Below, in pieces: positions 13,183 through 26,000 of a stretch of 64,000 nucleotides of DNA. This DNA is from Octopus sinensis (Eukaryota), in NCBI RefSeq assembly GCF_006345805.1, contig NC_043011.1:50356464-50420463 (forward strand), read 5' to 3'. Made by a program: the position numbers and the translations under genes. The notes under the pieces are model-generated. The model was not told the DNA's origin, searched no databases, and worked only from the letters and a program-made list of their open reading frames with translations. Each line of letters opens with the position of its first letter. Position 1 is the stretch's first letter.

Positions 13183-13620
13183 ATCACATATATGTTTTCC
13201 AACTATCTTAGAGAGTATACATATCCTTATGAAGTTATAGTAGTGAGTTCCATGAATCTGAAGTAAGATTCCAAGCAGACTATATATGTTTTCCAACAAT
13301 ACAAAGTTTTTAAATTGATTATTAACATCCCAGAGAAGATAAATTTACTCATAAATATGTGGGTATAAGTTCCAAGAGGCATGAGGGAAAATGCTCATCA
13401 TACCACGGTTAAGTTCTCATCTAACTGTTGCAGACAAAATTCTATAGTAGCAATAAAGACAGCGGGGGTAGGTTTAGCTAAAGCAAAGGACATCAGGAGA
13501 AAAGAAATGAGGATCCAAGAGGGAATAAAGATACCACAGACAAAGGTCATATATATATATATATATATATAATATATATATTATATATATATATATGTAT
13601 ATATATACATATATTATATA

Positions 13621-13669
<49 letters not shown>

Positions 13670-13750
13670 GAATGTATGTATGTATGTATGTATGTATGTA
13701 TGTATGTATGTATATGTATATATATGTATATATATACATATATATATATA

Positions 13751-13843
13751 GTCAATCCAAACATGAACAAGCAAGAAAAAACAACAACTCGAGGACGTGG
13801 AATAAATAGTGTTATTGGAAGCTCAGAAAAGGAAAGGAAAGAA
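13751..13843 (-). mobile_element. PLE-like tail fragment, same family as 56273-56372
   Basis: Reverse-complement match (cgaggacgtggaa...ttattgga, aatccaaaca); abuts (TA)n. Confidence 0.65.
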
Positions 13844-14309
13844 TATATATATATACAAACTCACACACACACACACACTCACAAACACACACAAATACAC
13901 TTAGAGATAGACGCACAAGCTTATGTACGTATATATGTGGGTATAAGTATGATTATGAACGTATGCAGTGTAATTCATATTTTATGCATTCATTGTGTAT
14001 TGTGTGTGGGAGTAAATATTTGTATATACGTAACTATGGAGTAATAACTACATTTCTACATGTGCATGTGTCTGAAACCCAGACTATTTCACTTCGCTTA
14101 TGCATTGTGATATATCTTCTATCCTGGCGATAAATTAAGAAATAGCCACCGACGTCACCAAGAACAACAATAACACTATCATAACTATTACCGTCATAAT
14201 ATTATTCTTTTGTTTTTTTTTTAGTTTTGTGGTGTATGTTGTTATTATTATTATCATGATAATTATTATTATTGTTGTTGTTGCTGTTTTTTTTTATTGT
14301 AGCTATTAC

Positions 14310-14358
<49 letters not shown>

Positions 14359-14664
14359 GGTGCTGCTGCATTTGGCTGCGTTTGTTGCGAAGTCCAAATT
14401 CCAATTTCCCTGTTGTAAATATTGATTTGGTATTTATCAGACCCTGACCGGAAATAGAGATTACAGAAACACGTGATGCTTAGACATCTCATTTAATGTT
14501 AATCTAATTGTCTTGGATAATATCAGTCTACTCCATCAAACTCTGTAACTCATTCTTTACAATCGATCTCTCTATCATTCTGTCTACCTTTAATTTACCT
14601 ATTTTCTCACACATGCAATATATAAATATACATATAAATACAAGTATATACATATACATATATA

Positions 14665-14748
<84 letters not shown>

Positions 14749-14749
14749 T

Positions 14750-15282
14750 AATCAATATAAGGGTAGCAAAAAAATTCAAGAAAAATTCAAGAAAAATTTT
14801 CTGCAACCAGCGGTCAAGTGAGAAAGTAGAAATAGTCACAGACTATATAATATATTCGACAATAATATTAAGGAATGACCCTGACAGGCCGTTCAACTCA
14901 CTTGAAAAGAGCAGCTAAACTCAAACCGCAAAATAGTAGTAATTCTGAAACTAAAGGAGAAATAAAAACATTTATCCCCTTCAACTTTGTACCATGCATG
15001 GTTTCAACATTTTTACGTAATCGAATTTAATTAAATTAAATTAAATCCGTTTACGATTGGCTTGTCTCATCAGCAAAGTCGCCAAAGAAAAGGAAAATAC
15101 ATACACACGAGGCAGCACCATCGAAGTCTCGAGTTTATATATCCTAAATTTTCGAAATCCACCGATAAATGTTTTTATTTCTCCTTTAGTTTCAGAATTA
15201 CTACTATTTTGCGGTTTGAGTTTAGCTGCTCTTTTCAAAGTGAGTTGAACGGCCTGTCAGGGTCATTCCTTAATATTATTGT
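14750..15282 (-). mobile_element. Penelope-like terminus with inverted partial copy (arms 14859-14976 / 15164-15282) in TA tracts
   Basis: About 118-bp near-identical inverted arms enclosing an HHR. Confidence 0.8.
14984..15079 (-). ncRNA. Canonical type I hammerhead ribozyme with extended helix II
   Basis: Minus strand: actttg CTGATGA gaca...cgtaa-cggatttaatt/aattaaattcg-ttacg...tgtt GAAA ccatgcatg GTA caaagt; 6-bp helix I, palindromic helix III ACCATGCATGGT. Confidence 0.9.
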
Positions 15283-15302
15283 TATATATATATATATATA
15301 TA

Positions 15303-15360
<58 letters not shown>

Positions 15361-15448
15361 GTATACATATATACATACAGGTATACACATACATATACAC
15401 TTGTATATATATACACATACATGAATACATATGTATATAAATAAACAA

Positions 15449-15497
<49 letters not shown>

Positions 15498-15659
15498 CAT
15501 ATATACATACAGTTGCGACCAAAATGTTCAGAACGGCATTGTTTTCGTCAGAAAAGTAGGTATAATTTTTTATCAAAGTTGTTTTATATGTCCTTTTTGT
15601 AAAAGTATCCTTTACATTTAAGCCTTCGAATTTATAAAAAATTTTGCTATCTTTCTGTC

Positions 15660-16560
15660 TAATTTAGGGACCATTATTTGTAAAATGCTTACAAACTGAC
15701 ACTAGTGTGGAATCCGTTTTTATTACTTAACGATCTCAGTTTGATAGAAGCATTTCCCAATACAACATTTAATATCGATTTCTATTGATAGTGTTTCTTC
15801 AATGGTCAGAAGGCATAAAAGCTTCACAGCATATTTGGAAAATAAAGCAAATCCTGAAAGCATTATAATTCATTACTTCGGCCACAATCACAGTCTTGTA
15901 ACAAAGAGCCTGGTTCCAATCCTACAATATTTACTTAGTATTAACTATTACAACTATCTTTAAAACGAAGCCGCATAGCAAATATAATCGCTTGTTCAGA
16001 AAGTTTCTTCGCATTATACGGAAGTCAGACGGCTTTCCAAAGGAAATTAGTTAGCAAACCTTTTGTTGTTGTGTTTCTAAACACAGTAGTTAACTGTCCA
16101 GAAAGTGAAGAACATAGTGATAGTGTTAAAGAAATCAAACAACCTAAAAATAACATATATTATCTAACCTGCATATTTCAAAAGCGTAATGAGTTGTCAC
16201 TGCATTGAAAATTCATTAAACTGATTGATTATATAACTAACTTGAAAGCATTTACTGAAAAATTGGAAACTTTTTCAAACAAGTTTTCTTTATTTCTTTT
16301 TTAAAAATCTTCTACAGCTTCGCTAAGCTAACAGAAATCTGCTATCTTCTTTTTTGTTTTCTGTTTTTCTTCAAACAAAATGGATCTGGAAACATACTGG
16401 CGAGCACTTATTATCGTTAAAAACTGACAGCAACCAGAGATTCTCTGATTTATTTTCCTTTGAAGTAAAATCATGAACGATGGACACATTTCAAGTTAGT
16501 TCAGCCGAAAAAGAAATTCAATAATTATTGATTGAATTATGATGCAATAACTCAAAATCC
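15660..16560 (+). pseudogene. Decayed hAT-Charlie (SCAND3/ZBED-like) transposase
   Basis: IDSVSSMVRRHKSF (DGAPSM-like), HYTEVRRLSKGN (HTEVRWLSKG-like), YYLTCIFQKRNEL, KAFTEKL. Confidence 0.75.
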
Positions 16561-17834
16561 CCCTCTGATGCAGTAGGAAAGGCTGAATTCTAGTGAAAAG
16601 ACTGCATAATACTACACCCAATATCATGGGCAATGGACATGGCCAAAATAATTTTTTATCTTCAGGTGGGTCTGAATTCGGGTAAAAAAAAAAGCACAAT
16701 ATTGTGAAGGAGGAACAGATATCGCTAAAGTAATTTATGTGCCTTTAAGAAAAGTTGATTTTTTATTCTTGTATTTCGAGGTGGTCATAGGGCCAATGAA
16801 CTCACGCGCACAGGCTATGATTCACTTCAGTTTAATAAGCGATCAATTAGATTATAAATCAATTAATTGATTAGTTAATCGTTTAGTCTGTCAAACTCCT
16901 TTGTCAATGTCTGTGATCTTAACAATGATTAAGTGCTCCTCAGGTACTTCTCTCTCCTCACTTATTGCATGTTTACAGTTCGTCCCTGGCAGTAAAACCT
17001 CATAAAATACAATATTTTTCCAATACAGGAGCTGACATCAAGAATCCTGCAAAGCAAAAACAAAAATTGGTTCGTTTTAATCATCTTTGAAGTTAGGAGT
17101 GAATGCAGTGCCCACGATCCATTACTTGGCCTCCAAGACGAGTAGAAAGGAGGGTATCTTGAAACCCAAGGACTCGCACAAACGCGTCCAATAGAATGGA
17201 TCTTCCATTAAAGGCTCTGAATGCGTCAGTTGATGAAGACCTCATGCACTGGCGTTAGACTGGATGACCGTATGATAGGATATGAGGGAGATTTAACTAT
17301 CTTTTGCTGTCTGAGAGAATAGATTATTCACGCTTCATTGGCTCTTATGTTTTCATTTTATCGCAAGTGATGTTTATGTTGTCGGAGTTGCTGTAGTACA
17401 AAGACTATAAAATATAATATAATTACGGTTATAGACGGACATGGCCGAAATACTTGTTTTCAAGAAAGACTGAATTCTGGTCATTAAAAGTCTGTAAAAA
17501 GATTTATAACTAAGATTATGGAAGGACATGGTCAAAATAATTATGTGTTTTTCCAACATCGTATATGGTCAGAATTGGGTTCACTTCACTGAATAAATTA
17601 CTAAATAAATAAATAGATTGATTATATAGAAAATGGGTGACTTAAGAATCAATCTCATACATTGAGCTGAACATTGCATATTCAATAGAAAAACACCAAT
17701 CTCAAGTATTTCATTAACCTTCTGACCACGCAAATACGCTTTAGTGGTAATTTCATTTTACTATAATTCTGAGAGAAATAGAACAAGCTGGAACATGGTT
17801 TTGCGTTACGGCTGAAAATAACAATGTTTCTGCA

Positions 17835-18060
17835 TCTTCCTCTTCTTCTGCCTTTAACCCTCCAACGCGGAGTATAGGCCACTTGTAGTTGAATTCCATG
17901 TCGCATAATTAATTTTTCGCTTCTGTACTTATACTCTGCCACGAATGTCCCCCTTTCTATAGTTCCTTTTGTGTTGATCTACGCCACGAGTTCTTAGGCC
18001 CACCTGTGTCTTTTCTAATTGTGCTCCCAATCCATATATGCAAAACCATGTTCCAGCAGG
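17835..18060 (-). mobile_element. RTE-type LINE 3' remnant
   Basis: GPKNSWRRSTQKEL*KGGHSW resembles the RTE C-terminal GRP..WRR motif. Confidence 0.55.
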
Positions 18061-19059
18061 CTTTTTTGTCTTCTAAAGGAGCACTTCTAAAGGAGCACTC
18101 AAACAAAACCGCGATAAAGAAATTGCAGTTTCAAAGGTTTAAATAGAATAGTAAATTAGAAAGTTGACATCTTATTTGTTTTATGAGTAGGTGGCGGTTT
18201 AAAAATGTAGAGAGGAAGATAAATTACAAGAGTGGTGTTTGGAAATAGTTCAGAGTACTCTTTCTATATATACACTTGTAGGAAAGTAAGACAAGGCAGT
18301 AACGATGAATATTTCTACAGGATCAGAGTTGACCTGGGGTTAAGCAACATTAATAACATAATCAACAGTGAAATGCAAACACATGAGTCAAGGAACGATG
18401 TGTTATGAACTCGTGAAACTGCAAGTAATAGCAGCTAAATCACTTAAGATATTATCATACCATCTTAGATAAAGAAAAAATGCATTTTGTGATGCAGTCG
18501 TTGATATCAGTAAATATAAGGCTGTCATGGCTCGAATGTTTCCTGTACCGCCGCCGAACATACTAAATATTCTGTCATCTTTTTCAACATTCTGATGAAC
18601 AGGAACTCCATAAAACGTTAAAATTTTTCTTACGGATCACAACGAAATTTTTCTGACCTTCCGCAAACTCTGCTTAAATTTAAGTCTGGTTTCCTTATAG
18701 GTTTGAGTTCGTATCTTGCACTGATTCTAAGGCCTCCAATCGGTCAAGGTTGACGATCTTTTCATCACGGTAACCGCATGGGCAATAGTTTTAGAGAACG
18801 AGTAGCATTTGCCCACGCATGCAAGTTTATCCTTTCCACACCATCAATATTTTCCAAAAAGACGACAAATCCTGGTACCGGTATCGTCACAGATTTTATT
18901 GTCCGGTTGCAAAAGAATATAGGAACAAGCATAGCAAGTCATTTCAGGAGGCGGTCAACCTACTCATACAATTAATAGTTCTTGCATTAAGTAACGGCTA
19001 TATGGGGAATTTTGAAAGCTAATCAAGTTAAACTTCTTATCTGTTGTCCTTAACTCGTT

Positions 19060-19480
19060 TCATTTATTCTACGGCTATACTGGGCCATGCTGCGAGACAA
19101 CCTTGAGAAATTTTAGTCTAACTAATCGTCCTCCTTATTTTTATTTAGAGCCTGGTATTTATTTTATGACGCGCTTTTACTGAACCGCTAGTTTCCCGAG
19201 ACGTAAACACACCAACATTAATTGTCAATACAGACACACAAATACACACAAATAGATACACACACACACATGAACGCACGCACACGCACACGTATATATA
19301 TAAATATATATAAAACGGCTTCTTTCAGTTTCCGTCTCCCAAATTCACTCACATTACAATGCTTTGGTCATTCCGAGGCTATAGTATAAGCCACATTCCA
19401 ATGTATCCACGCAGTAGTGCTTATCTAGAGACCATCCATGTGCTTAGGAACCAAAGTTCTTTCCACAAAGCCTCTCTAGT
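19060..19480 (-). mobile_element. Diverged microsatellite-containing CORE-type SINE
   Basis: Homologous to 22245-22750. Confidence 0.75.
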
Positions 19481-19559
19481 ACCTCTTAGAAAACTCTAAA
19501 TAAATGTTTACTGTCTTTCACGAACTGAAAATGGCTTGACCTACTCTCTAACGTATATA

Positions 19560-19774
19560 TATTTCTTTACAACCCACAAGGTGCTAAACACCGAGGGGAC
19601 AAACAAGGACAGACAAACGGATTAAGTCGATTACATCGACCCCAGTGCGTAACTGGTGCTTAATTTATCAACCCCGAAAGGATGAAAGGTAAAGTCGACC
19701 TCGGCGGAATTTGAACCCAGAACGTAACGGCAGACGAAATACGGCTACGCATTTCGCCCGGCGTGCTAACGTTA
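19560..19774 (-). mobile_element. Major tRNA-derived SINE (family S1)
   Basis: Reverse complement of 28819-29050; conserved gcctttcatcctttcggggtcgataa domain. Confidence 0.9.
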
Positions 19775-20418
19775 CTGAAAACTCATTCTGCTACTTAACA
19801 TGAGAAACCTACACAGCTAACAATGTAAACTTAAGCCACTGGATCACATACAAAGGACTCCTGTCCACTCTTCCACCAGATGTTAAATTTGGAGTGCCTT
19901 GGTTGTAACTACACATGTTCACCCATCCGTATCGGTCTTCTATTTAGGCACAAAAATATACTGTCCCGTGACCCTAAATCACGGATGTAGCGGGAAACGT
20001 ACAAAAGTTTATAAACTTAATCACGTTACATTCTCTACAAACACTTGTCACTTGACAGAAAACATTCAGACGCCAAATATGACCACACGGACGTGGCGGG
20101 GAACCTACAAAAAATTCTAAGTCCAGTCATGTGACTATTCTCTACCAATCAAATCCTGTTCAAAATATATACTAATTTGAGCCATGAACTCCCTTTAAAA
20201 AGGGGTCAAGCTTCAAACACTACGCAGAAGCCAAACAGCTGCGACATTAGCCACGTCTTTTTATGTCAACTTTTTGAAAATCATCGTAAACTGTGAAACC
20301 GGTTAAAACTTTAAGTATATGAAAAATAATTTAACTATTCTCAGTGCATTTTCAACTTCTATTTTATCCTTGTGGTATAAAATAACTTTGTATATATATA
20401 TATGACGATAAGGCCCTT

Positions 20419-20889
20419 CTATGTGATTATCCTAGATTTACCAACCATAAAGCGCTTTGCTTTACTGCATATCGTCAGAATCCAAAACTTATTGGCATAT
20501 CTCCTCTCTAGAAAATGGAGGAGGAAAAGATTTCGTTACTTTATCCCAGGACTCACCCGATAGCAGCAGGGTGACAATCCCCTACTGTTGGTATTGAGTA
20601 ACGAAGAAAACCCACACGATAACAGAGTTGCTTACAAAAGCAGCCGAAGGGAGACAATCCCTTGTTCTCAACGAAGTAACGACATCCTCTGCTCCTCTAT
20701 GTTCTAGAGAAGCCACTTGCTAAAGACAATATATAACAAAAGGATTCGATGTCTGATGATACGCTGTAAAGCTAAGCGCTTTATGGACGTGAAACCCAGG
20801 CTAATCCTATAGACCGGTTTTATTTTTATACTACACTGCTATATAACTTACAGTGTGCTTCTTTTTCTTATGTGCTTAAATGTACACTG

Positions 20890-20890
<1 letters not shown>
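20419..20890. mobile_element. Divergently oriented pair of degenerate HHR-bearing PLE termini (20419-20483 minus, 20742-20807 plus)
   Basis: ggatt..CTGAYGA..taaagc/gcttta helix II in both copies; tail at 20850-20890 resembles the reverse complement of 3508-3530. Confidence 0.55.
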
Positions 20891-20925
<35 letters not shown>

Positions 20926-20929
20926 TATA

Positions 20930-20967
<38 letters not shown>

Positions 20968-21440
20968 CATATATATATACATATAAATATTTGCATATAT
21001 ATATACACACATATGTATATACACACACACACGTGCGTTCTGATAATCCACGCCTACTACAACGAAATAGAGGACATTTGAATGAAATGTTTCCAAAGTA
21101 ACAATTTAATCTGCCTCGTTCCATGTTCGGTTCACCGAGTTCATGTTACGACCATAGCACGTCATCAGCCCGAAGCTCCTTCTCCGCAACAATGATAATG
21201 ATTTTAGTTCAATTAAGAAGTTATTGTCTGCAGTGCAACCGTTGAAATGGAGAAGATAGCAAAAACATAAATAAATAAATAAAATGTAGCAGAAAATATT
21301 TTAAGAAGCCAAAAGTAAATTGGAAAAGAGACAATTGTTAATAAGCGATAACAAAAGAAAAAGGAGGAAAAAATATAATTGAATAAAAAATCTATGCATG
21401 TATTAATATATACATCATTTCTTTTGTGTGTATGTGTGTG

Positions 21441-21501
<61 letters not shown>

Positions 21502-21626
21502 TGATTAATGTGCAAGATGACTGTAACTAGAAGCATTTAATAGCACAAAATCGCTTCGGTTCCATTGTGCACTGCTCTAAACCTTAATTATTTAATACCA
21601 GATTTAACTTATATATATAATATATA

Positions 21627-21701
<75 letters not shown>

Positions 21702-21790
21702 CACACATATACATGTATGTATGTATATGACATATGCATATTGTATACAAAGATCGGGACTTAATTGTTGCTCTTGGGGATCCAAATCGG

Positions 21791-21874
21791 ATATGCAATC
21801 CATGTGGGTGTCTTTTCAAAACTTTCTCTGGTTTTAAAAGCCACATCAAACGTCATGCTGGATCTAAGATTTAG
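21791..21874 (+). pseudogene. Single C2H2 zinc finger ending in a stop codon, probably an RTE ORF C-terminus
   Basis: ICNPCGCLFKTFSGFKSHIKRHAGSKI*. Confidence 0.5.
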
Positions 21875-21889
21875 ATACAGAAAGCGTTC

Positions 21890-22212
21890 AGACTCTTCAA
21901 AAGGTTGAGACAACTACCATAGACATATATATATAAACTTGGAGAATCGCTGCACAACTTTCTCAAAGATAGACGTCAGTCAGTAGTAGCCAACGGAGTC
22001 ACTGCCAAGAAAACACAAATTCATAGTGGACCTCTCAGACATGCCCTCGGCTGCTCAGATAGCCACCCTTCGTAGCTATGCATATGACACAAAAATCTCT
22101 CAGACAATACAACATGTTATAAATATTGAACATCTGCAACGGGAGTTGGACGCAATATACACGTGGGCTGAGGACAATATGCAGATTAATGCAGGAAAAC
22201 TTCAGACCCTAC
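21890..22212 (+). pseudogene. CR1/L2-group LINE RT fragment
   Basis: NFLKDRRQSVVANG, SYAYDTKI (YADDTKI-like), LQRELDAIYTWA. Confidence 0.8.
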
Positions 22213-22244
22213 GTTGGTTAGAACGATTAGGGCTTATTCCTCTT

Positions 22245-22506
22245 GTTACTCTTTTATTCTTTTATTTGTTTGAGTCATTTGACTGTGGCCATGCTGGATC
22301 TCCACCTTTAGACTCGAGCAAAACGACACCAGGACTTATTCTTTGTAAGCCTAGTACTTATTCTATTGGTTTCTTTTGTCGAACCGCTAAGTTACGGGGA
22401 CGTAAACACACCAGCATCAGTTGTCAAGCAATGTTGGGGGAACAAACACAGACACACAAACATATACACACACAGATACACAAACACATACACACACATA
22501 CATATA

Positions 22507-22592
<86 letters not shown>

Positions 22593-22750
22593 CATATATA
22601 CGATGGGCTCCTTTCAGTTTCCGTCTGCCAAATCCACTTACAGGGCTTTGATCGGCCCGAGGCTATAGTAGAAGGTCCACGCAGTAGGACTGAACCCGGA
22701 ACCATGTGGTTGGTAAGCAATCTACTTACCACACAGCCACTCCTGCTCCT
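22245..22750 (-). mobile_element. Near full-length microsatellite-containing CORE-type SINE
   Basis: Minus-strand head gtggctgtgtggtaag...ggttcagtcc, central CA/TA tract, conserved tail; partial copies at 39590-39885, 43410-43650, 52865-52920, 60805-60865. Confidence 0.85.
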
Positions 22751-22979
22751 GTTCTTTACATTCTAAGTTTAAATCCCACCCGGATTCGATAAATTAATTA
22801 CCAGCTGAATACTGGGATCGATATAATTGACTAAGCATCTGACTCCTGAGTTGTAACCCTTGTGTCTATAGTAGAAAAAATATTTACAGCTTTATCAACT
22901 TCGAGTTACACTCGAAAACATAAACAAAGAATAATTAGCTTTAAAATATTTTTAGTTTCACTCAAACGTGACTGAATGT

Positions 22980-23780
22980 TTTTGTATCATTCATCAATAA
23001 AGTGTGTGCGTTGGATGGCATGTAAACACGAGCTGGATTTGACTCTCGGGCCGTAGTTTGCCGGCCGCTAATCTAGTAGTGCATATCACCTTGATCACCT
23101 TGACCGACCAGTCCGTCAGGCGTCCATTTGACACCGCTGGTCACAGTACGCTGTCCACTCCTTTCTGGATCGCGCCTTTCTCAGCCACGTGATCCGAATC
23201 GCCCTCCTGAAATCATAATTCCACCGTCGTGGAGGTCTTCCGAGTGGTCGTTTCCGCTTGCGCGGGTACCATTGGACAACTGTGCGGGTCCACCGATTAG
23301 TAGTGCATATATTCCTGGTAACTGTAGTACCTTCAAGTTATCTACTTTCTGCAACAGGTAAATAACCATGTTTGTGAAACCTACTTTTCTTAGAATTGAT
23401 TCTTCATGCCAGTTAAATTTCAATAGTGTACGAGTTGCTATTCGTCTCTGACAGCTCCAGTCCTGTAACATTTATTTAGATACCCCACCTGGAGAAACTG
23501 ATATTTTTTACAACGCCAAAAAATTTTTTAATCACTCCATTTTCTATACTAATCTAAAACTTCGATTCATTTGATGCTACACTAAAAATGAAAATTTTCC
23601 CTTTTTTTCCGACTGAATTTTATTGATCGATAACCAACGATCGATTAAGAAAATAGAGAAATTTTGTTTTTGTATCAAACATCAATAAAGTGTGTGTTTA
23701 TAAGATGATACGTGAACGCGAGCTAGATTTGGCTCTCGGGCCGCAGTTTGCCGGCCCCTAACCGAGTAGTGCATATATTC
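22980..23780 (+). mobile_element. Two direct copies of a hAT-like MITE right end (22980-23073, 23668-23765)
   Basis: gggccgYagtttgccggcc.cta terminus repeated with a shared flank agtagtgcatat. Confidence 0.55.
23087..23297 (-). mobile_element. 5'-truncated RTE LINE with 13-bp TSD
   Basis: KRPLGRPPRRW motif, (tcaaggtga) tail, TSD tagtagtgcatat at 23074-23086 and 23298-23310. Confidence 0.85.
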
Positions 23781-24572
23781 GTGGGTTTGTAACTATAATA
23801 GAATGATAAATTCTTTTTTGCGTACATGCAGTCATTCTACTGCAGTCAGTATCTTTATAACAGGTTATATCTTGTGATATTTTGGATTTAGTAATAATAA
23901 TAAATAACTGTAATAAATAACTAATTTTTGTCTTGAAACTGTCATACTGTCTGAGACATTCTTCTTACTCTATGTATTATTCTTCTGTTATTTTATAACT
24001 ACGTCAGTTTTGTGATATTCAGGTTTTTTGTTAGTGTGTGTTTCTCTAATACTTTTTGTACAATCTACATGGCATCTGTCTGTTGCGTTTAGTAAATCCG
24101 ATTATGTTTAGTAACATCATGGCTACCATGGTATTTGTGCATATCAACTGTGGTATTTGTGCATATTAACACTATGGCTGCCGTGATAGTGGCGCAAAAT
24201 GACATCATGGTTGTTATGTTATTTATAGTCAGTGACGCCATGGCGGCCGTGGTGTTTGTAGTTAATAACTTCATGGCTACCGTGATATTTGTAATTATTA
24301 GCGCCATAGCCACCTTGATATTTCTCCACATTAACGCCATAGCCACCGTGATATTTTTGCAAAAGAAATTCATGTCTGCCGCGATATTTGTGCAAAATAA
24401 TTTCATGTCTAAGAAGTTTGCGCCTGTAGGCTACAAACATCACTCCACTTTGTTACAGTTATAACATCATTACATATGCTTATGGCCATTTTATTTGTCG
24501 TACAGAGGAGTTTCTCGTAGAAAAACTTTGATAATCAGAGTAATGAAACCACATATATCACTACACATTAAC

Positions 24573-24783
24573 TATTTCTTTACTACCCACAAGGGGCTAA
24601 ACACAGAGGGGACAAACAAGGACAGACAGACGGATTAAGTAACTGGTACTTAATTTATCGACCCCGATAGGATGAAAGGCAAAGTCGACCTCGGCGGAAT
24701 TTGAACTCAGAACGTAACAGCAGACGAAATACTGCTAAGCATTTCGCCCGGCGTGCTAACGTTTCTGCCAGCTTGCCGCCTTG
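24573..24783 (-). mobile_element. S1 SINE with 15-bp TSD
   Basis: TSD tcactacacattaac at 24558-24572 and 24784-24798. Confidence 0.92.
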
Positions 24784-25211
24784 TCACTACACATTAACGC
24801 TATGCCTGTTGTGATAATTGTGCATATTAACGCTGTGACTTCTGTCGTATATGTGCAAAATAAAGTTTCGGTTGTTATGACATTTGTGTTGCGTAACTCC
24901 ATGGCAACCGTGATATTTGTAGTCAATAATATCATGGATACTGTGATAATTGTAATTATTCACGCCATGACTGCTACGATATTTTTACAAAAATCTTCAT
25001 GGCTACCGTGATACTCGTCCATATTAACGTCATGGCTGCCGCTATGTTTTTGCAAAACAACCCCATAACTGTCCTATTTGTGCACATTAACTTCGTGGCT
25101 GCCGTGAGTTGTCTGTATATTAATGTGGTATGTACCCTAACATTAGCGCAAAATAACGTCTTGGTTGTAATAATATTTGTGTTGAGTGAGTCCGTAGTAG
25201 CCGTGATGTAA

Positions 25212-26000
25212 TTAATATTTTTTCCAATTTCTTATTTCATCTAATTTCAACTCACGAGCTGTGGCCATGATGGGGCACCGCCCTTTGGGGTTGCTACATA
25301 ATTTTACTTCACGAATGCTTTTTAGCAATTGACATTTGGTGGATGAGAGAGTTTGATGCAGCTGCACCTCCTGCCGCAAATTTGGTTCATCTGAGACACC
25401 TGAAAGGAAAAGGTTCAGCTTTATTTTGAAGACACCTGCATCCACCCCAAGCAGGTCTCTCAGGTCCTTCGGGAGGATATTGAAGAGCTGTGAACCTCTA
25501 AAGTCCACGCTATTGCAGTATCTTGTCCTACATCTTGATGGCAAATTTGGAGTCCTTGGCACTAAGCAGTGGCGCCCAGTTCTAGTATTTGTGTAACTCT
25601 CGATGCCAAAGTTTGGGACAAGTCCTTCCAGGATCTTCCAGATGTATAGTATGGCATATCTTTCTCGCCTACGCTCTAAGGAATAGAGTATTAATCTCTT
25701 GAGTCTTTCCCAAAAGCTCATATGCTGCATAGAGGCTATATTCTTCGTGTAGCTTCGTTGGATTGCCTCAAGTTCTGAGATTAATTTGACAGTGGTTGGT
25801 GACCATAGCTGAGAGCAATAGTCAAAATGGCTTAGGACAAATGTTCTCCAGAGGACCATCATGGTTTCCTAGTCTCTTGTTCTAAAAGTTCTAAGAAACC
25901 ATCCGGTCAGCCGCCTGCATTCCATTGCCAGTTTAGCAACATGCACATGAAAGTTTACATCATTAGTCATGTAAATGCCCAGGTCTCGCACTGACTGTGC
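25212..26000 (-). pseudogene. CR1/L2-group LINE ORF2 3' portion, 5'-truncated, with in-frame stop
   Basis: VRDLGI, DYCSQLWSP, LEAIQRSYTK, LYSLERRRERY. Confidence 0.92.

Noticed and set aside
15510-15560. Tc1-like left TIR (ta-cagttgcgaccaaaatgttcagaacg)
   Set aside because: No matching right TIR found in the window
18588-18625. CTGATGA motifs at 18592, 21163 (minus) and CTGACGA at 62581
   Set aside because: Lack GAAA and/or helices I and III
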